NCBI GenBank assembly: GCA_020634755.1
Contig: JACKBC010000035.1
Span: 5,146-69,145, forward strand
DNA length: 64,000 nt
Reading direction: 5' to 3'
Source: Caldilineaceae bacterium
GTDB taxonomy: Bacteria > Chloroflexota > Anaerolineae > Caldilineales > Caldilineaceae
Part shown: in pieces, positions 9,021 to 15,761 of the stretch
Layout of the letters: each line of letters begins with the position of its first letter
Numbering within the stretch: position 1 is the stretch's first letter
The notes under the pieces: generated by a model
Seen by the model: only the letters and a program-made list of their open reading frames with translations
What the model was told of the DNA's origin: nothing
Databases searched by the model: none
Translations under genes and position numbers: made by a program

Positions 9021-10022
9021 CTATATCGCTTTCACTGTCACTAATTTATCTTTGTAGCCCGCCTTGACCAGCGGGTTACGCAGCGGCTGGCCAAATTGCG
9101 GCGCGCTGATCTCGAACACGTCGCCTGGCTTGGCGGTGACGCCGGCGGCAAAGCTGAGCGTGGCCGTGCCAAAGAAATGGCAATGTACGTCACCCGGTCG
9201 GCGGAACGCTGAATATTTAAAATGGTGGTGCTCAATGTTGGCAATGGTGTGGGTCATATTCTCTTCGCCGGTCAGGAATTCGCCGGACCAAACTTCTTTG
9301 CCCTTGCGCAGCAGGCGCGACCTGCCCACAATGTTTTTGGGCGCTTCGCCCAGCAGAATCTCCGGCCCAAACGATGAGTTGCGCAGCTTGGAGTGGGCCA
9401 AGTACAAATAGTTCTGCTTTTCCAGCACGTGGTCAGAATATTCATTGCCCAGGGCATAGCCCACGCGCAGCACATCGCCCCGTTCACCAATGACATAGAG
9501 ACCAACTAGTTCTGGCTCTTCGCCGCCATCCAGCGCAAAGGGAGGCAATTCCAGTCCTTGGCCAGGCGCCGCCAGCCAATCGCCATCGCCTTTGTAGAAC
9601 CACTCCGGCTGTGAGCCAATCTTGCCGCGCTTGGGTTTGCCACCCTCCAGCCCGATTTTGAACATCTTCATGGAATCGGTCAGCTCTGCGTTGGCCGCGT
9701 CTAACTTGGCGTGCATGGAATCGCGCGCCTGGGCGCTGCCCAGATGATCCAGCCCCGTCCCCGAGAGGATGCAGTGGGCGGGGTCGGGGTGATCCAGCGG
9801 CGCCAGCAGCCGATCCTGCGCAATCACCTGCGCATAGTCAACCGTGGGGCCTGTGGCGCGCGCTTGGATCAGCGCCTCCAGCTGCTGGCCTGTGCGCTCG
9901 GCCTCTATTACCAAACTGTGCAGCCGCAACGCGCCTTTCACCGTCTGCAGCGTCGCGCCATCCTCGCTCACCACCCCCACGCGCCGCGTGCCATCCAGCG
10001 CTTTGAATTGAACAACTCTCAT
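9021..10022 (-). CDS. AraD1/GguC-type fumarylacetoacetate-hydrolase (FAH) superfamily protein
   Basis: 333 aa. FYKGDG, GGEEPELVGLYVIG and GNEYSDHVLEKQNYLYLAHSKLR segments match my recollection of the AraD1 family. Confidence 0.7.
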   Translation of the reverse strand: MRVVQFKALDGTRRVGVVSEDGATLQTVKGALRLHSLVIEAERTGQQLEALIQARATGPTVDYAQVIAQDRLLAPLDHPDPAHCILSGTGLDHLGSAQARDSMHAKLDAANAELTDSMKMFKIGLEGGKPKRGKIGSQPEWFYKGDGDWLAAPGQGLELPPFALDGGEEPELVGLYVIGERGDVLRVGYALGNEYSDHVLEKQNYLYLAHSKLRNSSFGPEILLGEAPKNIVGRSRLLRKGKEVWSGEFLTGEENMTHTIANIEHHHFKYSAFRRPGDVHCHFFGTATLSFAAGVTAKPGDVFEISAPQFGQPLRNPLVKAGYKDKLVTVKAI

Positions 10023-10044
10023 GGCTTTCTCCTTTTATGGGCTT

Positions 10045-10213
10045 AACAGATTATACGGATTTTGCAGATTTATATATTGGTCAACTTGATGATAGAACGT
10101 CGGCCAGCGGTTGAAACCGCCGTCTGCTAAATAAAGTACGCTGAAGCGCACTGTTTACCATCATCTTGACCAGTGCAGATTTTGCAGATTTTTAATCTGT
10201 GTAATCTGTTGAG
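10045..10213. repeat. Composite palindromic element of the CAGATTA-CACGGATT word family
   Basis: Outer arms aacagattatacggatt (10045-10061) and aatctgtgtaatctgtt (10194-10210) match 14/17 as an inverted repeat. Inner arms ttggtcaacttgatgat and accatcatcttgaccag. gcagatttt words are repeated. Confidence 0.7.
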
Positions 10214-10230
10214 CCTTCTGTTCTTGTTCT

Positions 10231-10314
10231 CAGTACACCGCAACGGTGTTGGCGATTCAGGCCTCGTTCTCGAATGGTGAATTCGGCCCTATCTCTCGTC
10301 ATTGCGATCGACTG
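10231..10314 (-). repeat. 84-bp MITE/REP-like element, family M1, full-length copy (inverted relative to 48028-48111)
   Basis: Aligns end to end with the reverse complement of 48028-48111: cagtacaccgcaacggtgttggcgat.caggc.tcg.tctcgaatggtgaat.cggccctatc...ttgcgatc.actg. Overlaps the 3' end of CDS 10289..11452. Confidence 0.85.
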
Positions 10315-11452
10315 ATTCTGCAATGCCCCACCACTGTTGATAGATATGCGCCATTTTGGCCAGCTGGCTGATCTCTACCCATTCGGTGGCGCCGTGGGCC
10401 TGGTCAATGGAACCGGGGCCCATGACGACCCGTTCGCGCGCCACGTTTGGGTAGGCCCAGGCGTTGGTGCCATAGGGTGCTACTTCGGGCGCAATGCCGG
10501 ACCAATCGGCCAGCTGCTGCATCCATGCACTGTCGCCCGGCTGGTAAAAGGCGTCCAGATCTTTCTGAACTTTCACCTCAATGGGCAGCGGACAATTGGC
10601 CTGCGCCAGCGCGACCAAATTGGTCATCACCGTATGCGCATCTTCGGTTTCCACCACGCGGCGATCCACAAAGAGCTGGCAGGCATCCGGCACCACGTTG
10701 ATACCCACGCCGCCATGTATGACGGTCGGCGTCAAATAGGCGTGACCGAGCGGGGTGGCGGGCGCCGTTTGCAGCCGCGCGTTTTCCGCATCCAGCGCCA
10801 GCACCAGCCGCGCCGCCGCCACCACCGCGTTTTGCCCTCGATGCGGCTGGGAGGAATGAGCCGCTTTGCCCGCCACGTCAATCAGCAAGCGCACCACCCC
10901 TTTGTGGCCATGCACCGGCGTGCAGAGCGTGGGCTCGGCAATGATCATCTGCTCGGCCACAATTTGGCGCGCCGCCATCCAGCTGGCAAAAGCGGGCGCA
11001 CCGGTGGTGCCAATCTCCTCATCGACCGTGGCGCCGATTAGCAAGTTGTAAGCAGGGCGCTGCCCTGTCTGCTGCATCTGCTCCAGCAGCGCCAAAATAA
11101 TGCCCAGCGATGCCTTGGTGTCCACAGCCCCACGGCCATAGACGCGATTATCTTCAATGCGTCCATCAAAGGGCGGGTCGCTCATCTGCTCCACGCCCAC
11201 CGTGTCAATATGCACATCTACGGCCAGCCAGCGCTCGCTTGTGCCGCGCCAAATGCCATATACGTTGGCGCGGCCCGGCCGCACGCCCTGCACGTGCACT
11301 TCGCCACCCAGCTCGTTAAACCATTGGGCAATCTGCCGGCCAATGGCCGCTTCGCCCGTTTCGCCGGCCCGCGGCCCCGCCTGATCCGGCGTCACGCTGG
11401 GAATCTGCACCAACCGGCTCACCCACTCTGCACACTGCATCTCAAGCTGCAT
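10289..11452 (-). CDS. M20 family metallopeptidase / deacylase (ArgE/DapE-like)
   Basis: The track ORF starts at GTG 11482, inside a repeat array. The first ATGs are 11452 and 11440. IPSVTP, HIDTV, GAVDTKASLG and ATVDEEIGTTGA are M20 metal-binding and catalytic motifs. Confidence 0.8.
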   Translation of the reverse strand: MQLEMQCAEWVSRLVQIPSVTPDQAGPRAGETGEAAIGRQIAQWFNELGGEVHVQGVRPGRANVYGIWRGTSERWLAVDVHIDTVGVEQMSDPPFDGRIEDNRVYGRGAVDTKASLGIILALLEQMQQTGQRPAYNLLIGATVDEEIGTTGAPAFASWMAARQIVAEQMIIAEPTLCTPVHGHKGVVRLLIDVAGKAAHSSQPHRGQNAVVAAARLVLALDAENARLQTAPATPLGHAYLTPTVIHGGVGINVVPDACQLFVDRRVVETEDAHTVMTNLVALAQANCPLPIEVKVQKDLDAFYQPGDSAWMQQLADWSGIAPEVAPYGTNAWAYPNVARERVVMGPGSIDQAHGATEWVEISQLAKMAHIYQQWWGIAESVDRNDER

Positions 11453-11550
11453 CTCTACTCTTCTACTCCTCCACTCCTCCACTCCTCCACTCCTCTACTC
11501 CTCCACTCCTCTACTCCTCCACTCCTCTACTCCTCTACCTTCTTCTACCA
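11453..11550. repeat. Tandem octamer array CCTCYACT (~11 units, plus strand G-free)
   Basis: Read directly. Fills the whole spacer between the DinB-like stop (TAG 11545-11547) and the M20 start. In mRNA sense it reads AGTGGAGG/AGTAGAGG. Confidence 0.9.
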
Positions 11551-12057
11551 CTCCCCTGCATACCCCACCCCATATGGCTCCATCTGCTTCACAATATACG
11601 CATAATGCAGCTCATTGAGTTGGCGAATATGCAAATGGTCGTGCGCCACCCAAGAGGCCAACAGATCGCCGGCGCTTAGGGAAGCGCGCCAGGGCGTGGG
11701 CCGCGCCATCTGCCAATCGGCCTCGGCCAACTGCGGCAGCCATTTCAGAGAATTTAAACGCTCTGCACTAAAATTCGCCAGCGATTCGGCCAGATCGCGT
11801 TCGTTGTATTTGCGCGCCGTCACCCAACCGGCCGGGTCAATGGGGGGCCAATCCTCATCTGGCCGGTGCAGCATGTAGTCGATGCGCTGGCGGAAATCTT
11901 CGCGCTCCTCGTCGTAATAGTGGTTGATTACTTCCAGGATGGACCAGGATTCAGCATTGGGCTTCCAGCGCGCCTGTCCGTCGGCGACGCCAGCCACCAT
12001 GCTGCGGATCACGTCCAGGTTATGCTGCAAGCGATTGATAGCAAATTCGAGGTTCAT
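11545..12057 (-). CDS. DinB-family (DinB_2-like) four-helix-bundle protein
   Basis: 170 aa. W.ILEV..H (SWSILEVINH) and a C-terminal HD.LH (AHDHLHIRQ) His triad pattern. Confidence 0.75.
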   Translation of the reverse strand: MNLEFAINRLQHNLDVIRSMVAGVADGQARWKPNAESWSILEVINHYYDEEREDFRQRIDYMLHRPDEDWPPIDPAGWVTARKYNERDLAESLANFSAERLNSLKWLPQLAEADWQMARPTPWRASLSAGDLLASWVAHDHLHIRQLNELHYAYIVKQMEPYGVGYAGEW

Positions 12058-12091
12058 TGCGTTTACTCCTTTGGGCGGACAAGCTGGAAGC

Positions 12092-12625
12092 TTATCCTAC
12101 AAGGGGGAATTCGTAAATCGTTTTCACGGGTCGAAACTCAATCAGGTCCAGCCCCACCAGGCTGAATGCACGGAAAACGGGCGCGGCTTTGCAAATAGCC
12201 ACGGCGGCTGGGATCTGGTCGGCGGGTAGATTTATGGCCACCGTACAGTGCGGAACCCAGTTGCCGGGCCGGTAATAGGAAAGCGATGGCAGACCCAGCG
12301 CCGCCATTCGTGCATGGAAGGCGGCATGAACGTCCAGCAGCCGCGGCGTCACCACCGGCGCTAGAAAGACCACGCCTTCTGCCGTCGGAAAGATGCCCAC
12401 GGCGCTAAATTGCAGCGGAATCGGCGCGACTTCAGTGGCGAAATTCTGCAATTCATCATGCACATCCGGTGGATACAGCGCATCAAAAACGGTCAGGCTA
12501 ATATGCGGACGCGCGCCCAGTTCAGGCATAAGCGACGTAACGCCGCGGTCCGCCAGCGTCTGCCACAAGCCGCGCACGGCGGCTTCCATTTGCGCATCGA
12601 TATAGAGTTCAACGGCGTAGCCCAT
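12092..12625 (-). CDS. 2H phosphoesterase superfamily protein (LigT / 2'-5' RNA ligase-like)
   Basis: Two H-x-S/T-x motifs (PHISLTV and PHCTVAI). The start is set at ATG 12625 (MGYAVELY). The longer track ORF to 12772 would overlap the dgoD 3' end. Confidence 0.7.
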   Translation of the reverse strand: MGYAVELYIDAQMEAAVRGLWQTLADRGVTSLMPELGARPHISLTVFDALYPPDVHDELQNFATEVAPIPLQFSAVGIFPTAEGVVFLAPVVTPRLLDVHAAFHARMAALGLPSLSYYRPGNWVPHCTVAINLPADQIPAAVAICKAAPVFRAFSLVGLDLIEFRPVKTIYEFPLVG

Positions 12626-12632
12626 AGTTAAT

Positions 12633-13775
12633 TTACCAATCGGCCACGCTGCCGTCTTCATAGTAAAACTCGCCGCCCAGCTCCTCTTCATAGATGCCGC
12701 GGTTCTGTTGGGCGGCCTGCTCATCGATTTCAAAGCCCAGGCCCGGTTTGGTGGGTAGGGCAATGTGGCCATCCACCACTTGCCAATTCTCTTTGAAGAG
12801 GCCGGCGCCCAGCCCCTTATCCACCTGTTCCTGAATCAGGAAATTGGGAATGGCGGCGTCCACATGCATGCAGGATGTAAAGGCTACCGGCCCAATGGCG
12901 CAGTGCGGCGCCACGTGGATATAGTAGACCTCGGCCATGTTGGCAATCTTTTTTAGCTCGGTAATGCCGCCGGCGTGGGAGCCATCGGGCTGAATGTAGG
13001 CGGCGGCCTGCTTTTCAAAGACGTGGCGGAATTCCCAGCGACTGAGCAAACGCTCGCCGGTGGCAATGGGAAAAGGCACCTGATCGTTTACTTGCTTGAG
13101 CGCATCAATGTTTTCTTGCGGCACCGGCTCCTCCACAAACATGGGGCGCATGCCTTTGAGCTCGTGGCAGATTTCAATGGCCAGCGCCGGCGTCATCTTG
13201 CCGTGAAAATCGAAGGCCAGCTCCACATCGGGCCCCACCCATTCGCGCATGAGATAGGCGCGCTGCACAAAGTCATCAATCACGCTGGGCGGTTCGTGAC
13301 CGCGCCACTTGCCGCCCGGCCCGCTCTTGAACGCTTTGTAGCCGCCCAGCTTTTGCAGCCATTCCAGCCGCTCTTTAGACGCGGCCAGCCCTTCGTCGCT
13401 CATGTCGCGGATGCCCCAGTGGGCGTAGACGCGCACGCGCTCGCGCATCGGTCCGCCCAGCAGCTTGTAGACGGGCACGCCATAGTGCTTGCCCGCAATG
13501 TCCCATAGCGCCTGGTCAATGCCCGACAGCGCCGACATGAGCACGTTGCCGCCGCGGAAAAAGGCCGAGCGGTACACGTGTTGCCAATGGTGCTCGATCA
13601 GCAGCGGGTCTTTGCCGATGTAGTAGTCGGCCAGCTCTGCCACGGCCAGCGTTGTGCTTTTGGGCTTGCCTTCCAGCGTGGTTTCGCCCCACCCCACCAA
13701 GCCATTGTCCGTGGTGATCTTTACCAGCCGGATGCGGGGCAGCGGGAAAAATTGTTCGATCTTTGCAATTTTCAA
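12633..13775 (-). CDS. dgoD: D-galactonate dehydratase (enolase superfamily)
   Basis: 380 aa. Collinear with E. coli DgoD as I recall it, from MKI.KI and VGWGE through GIDQALWDI.GK to the C-terminal ED.SVA.W. TTG start preceded by AAGGAGA with a 6-nt spacer. Confidence 0.85.
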   Translation of the reverse strand: MKIAKIEQFFPLPRIRLVKITTDNGLVGWGETTLEGKPKSTTLAVAELADYYIGKDPLLIEHHWQHVYRSAFFRGGNVLMSALSGIDQALWDIAGKHYGVPVYKLLGGPMRERVRVYAHWGIRDMSDEGLAASKERLEWLQKLGGYKAFKSGPGGKWRGHEPPSVIDDFVQRAYLMREWVGPDVELAFDFHGKMTPALAIEICHELKGMRPMFVEEPVPQENIDALKQVNDQVPFPIATGERLLSRWEFRHVFEKQAAAYIQPDGSHAGGITELKKIANMAEVYYIHVAPHCAIGPVAFTSCMHVDAAIPNFLIQEQVDKGLGAGLFKENWQVVDGHIALPTKPGLGFEIDEQAAQQNRGIYEEELGGEFYYEDGSVADW

Positions 13776-13814
13776 AGTGGTTCTCCTTTGTGCAAAACGG
13801 AATCAAGATGGGGA

Positions 13815-13926
13815 AAATGGAACACGGATTGGACTGATTTGACGGATCGTCACTGATTTTTTGATAATGGGTAAGAACCTGTTGATCAAAAAAATCCGCC
13901 CGATCCATAAAATCTGTGTTCCATTC
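13815..13926. promoter_or_regulatory. 112-bp imperfect palindrome in the divergent dgoD / glycerate-kinase control region
   Basis: aaatggaacacggatt...gattttttgat | atcaaaaaaatc...aatctgtgttccattc. The outer 15 nt match 14/15. Uses the CACGGATT / TTGATCAA word family. Confidence 0.6.
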
Positions 13927-13955
13927 ATCCGTCACAATAATTTTGGGAGCTTCAC

Positions 13956-15311
13956 ATGCGTTTTCACTCTTCTATTTTAACCCCAAATCCCCAGAAACGC
14001 GAACCGGTCATCCAGATTCTGGATGCGGCACTGGACGCGGTGGATCCATATCGGGCCGTGCGCAATGCGCTGCACGTGCGCAATGGAGTTTTGCATGTGG
14101 GTGAGGGGCAATATGTGCTGGCCGAGTATGAACGCATATTTGTGCTGGGCGCGGGCAAAGCCGCCGCACCCATGACGCAAGCAATTGAAACATTGCTCGG
14201 GGAACGCATTACCGACGGTCTGGTGGTGACCAAAACCGACCACGGTGGGCCGACGCGTTTTGTGCAGCTGGTGGAGGCCAGCCATCCCGTGCCAGACGAG
14301 GCGGGGGTGGAGGCCGGACGGAAAATCTTGAAGCTGGCGCAAAATGCCGGTGAACGCGATCTGGTGATTACGCTGATTTCGGGCGGGGGGTCGGCGCTGC
14401 TGGTGGCGCCGGCGGTTGGACTGACGCTGGATGATTTACAGGTGATGACCGATGCGCTGCTGGCTTGTGGCGCCACGATTAACGAGATGAACTGTCTGCG
14501 CAAACATTGCAGCGCCATCAAAGGCGGGCAATTGGCGGCTGCGGCCAGCCCGGCCACGCTGCTCACGCTGGTCTTGAGTGATGTGGTGGGCAATCCGCTG
14601 GATGTGATTGCCAGCGGACCTACGGTGCCTGATGAAACCACGTGGCGCGAGGCGTGGGCCATTATTGAAAAGTATGGGCTGGTGGAACAATTGCCGTTGC
14701 CCATCCTTGGCCGTATTCAGGCGGGGCTGCACGGCAAAGTGGCGGACACGCCCAAGCCGGGCGCCGATATTTTTACGCATAGCCAAACCACCATTGTGGC
14801 GGACAATCGCATTGCGGCGCAGGCGGCTCAACAAAAAGCGCGTGCATTGGGCTTCAACACGCTGCTGCTGACCACCTATTTACAGGGCGAATCCAAAGAG
14901 GTGGCCAAGGTTGCCGTCAGCCTGACGCGCGAGGTGCAGGCTAGCGGGCAGCCAGTGGCGGCGCCGGCCTGCATCATTTTGGGGGGCGAAACCACGGTGC
15001 GGCTGGGCGAAGCGCCGGGGCAGGGCGGACGCAACCAGGAACTGGCTTTGGCGGCGGCCTTAGATATGCAAGGGATGGCAGATGTGATCGTGGTGGCGTT
15101 GGCCACTGATGGTACCGATGGCCCCACCGACAGTGCTGGCGGCTTGGTGGATGGTGATACCGTGCGGCGCGGTCAGCAAAACGGACTGCGGGCGGCCGAT
15201 TTTCTAGCGCGCCACGATGCGTATCCTTTTCTGGAGGATATAAACGACCTGCTGGTGACGGGACCCACGCAAACAAATGTGAACGATCTGCTTTTGATAT
15301 TTGTGCTGTAG
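13956..15311 (+). CDS. Glycerate 2-kinase (DUF4147 + MOFRL domains)
   Basis: 451 aa. GAGKAA, SGGGSALL and the C-terminal GTDGPTD..GG.VD motifs are characteristic of the MOFRL glycerate-kinase / hydroxypyruvate-reductase family. Confidence 0.85.
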   Translation: MRFHSSILTPNPQKREPVIQILDAALDAVDPYRAVRNALHVRNGVLHVGEGQYVLAEYERIFVLGAGKAAAPMTQAIETLLGERITDGLVVTKTDHGGPTRFVQLVEASHPVPDEAGVEAGRKILKLAQNAGERDLVITLISGGGSALLVAPAVGLTLDDLQVMTDALLACGATINEMNCLRKHCSAIKGGQLAAAASPATLLTLVLSDVVGNPLDVIASGPTVPDETTWREAWAIIEKYGLVEQLPLPILGRIQAGLHGKVADTPKPGADIFTHSQTTIVADNRIAAQAAQQKARALGFNTLLLTTYLQGESKEVAKVAVSLTREVQASGQPVAAPACIILGGETTVRLGEAPGQGGRNQELALAAALDMQGMADVIVVALATDGTDGPTDSAGGLVDGDTVRRGQQNGLRAADFLARHDAYPFLEDINDLLVTGPTQTNVNDLLLIFVL

Positions 15312-15761
15312 CAAGCTATGAGGCAGCTAAGACAACTAAGACAACGCGATTGCCATGTGTTGATTTCACGACTTATGCAGCGCCTGAGGATTGCCAAGAG
15401 TGAACCCGTTTGCATTCGACACAATTTTCGTCAAGGCTTGCGTAAGTCCTGATTAATGGGAACAACTGTCATGGTACTAAAGAAATTGTTTGGTTTCTAT
15501 GGGTATCGTTAGGTTTCTGATCTGTATAGCACTTGACATATAAAGAGAAACGATAAATAATTAAATTTTCAGTTAGGATGTGGTTGTATAATGTTAGTAA
15601 ACGACTGACGCAGTGCTAGTGCATCGACCATATTTTGTTTGCTGTTAGTTTCTGTATTCTATACTGTGGTTGAGATGAGAACGGGCATTTTCTATGGGCT
15701 TAACAGGCGTAATGAAGCGCCGGTTTTCATTTAGAACTGAGTATAAAGGCTTGAAAGAATC

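Noticed and set aside
12626-12772. N-terminal extension of the 2H-phosphoesterase ORF (track 12092..12772).
   Set aside because: It would overlap the dgoD 3' end by 140 nt. The family-conserved sequence begins at ATG 12625 (MGYAVELY...).
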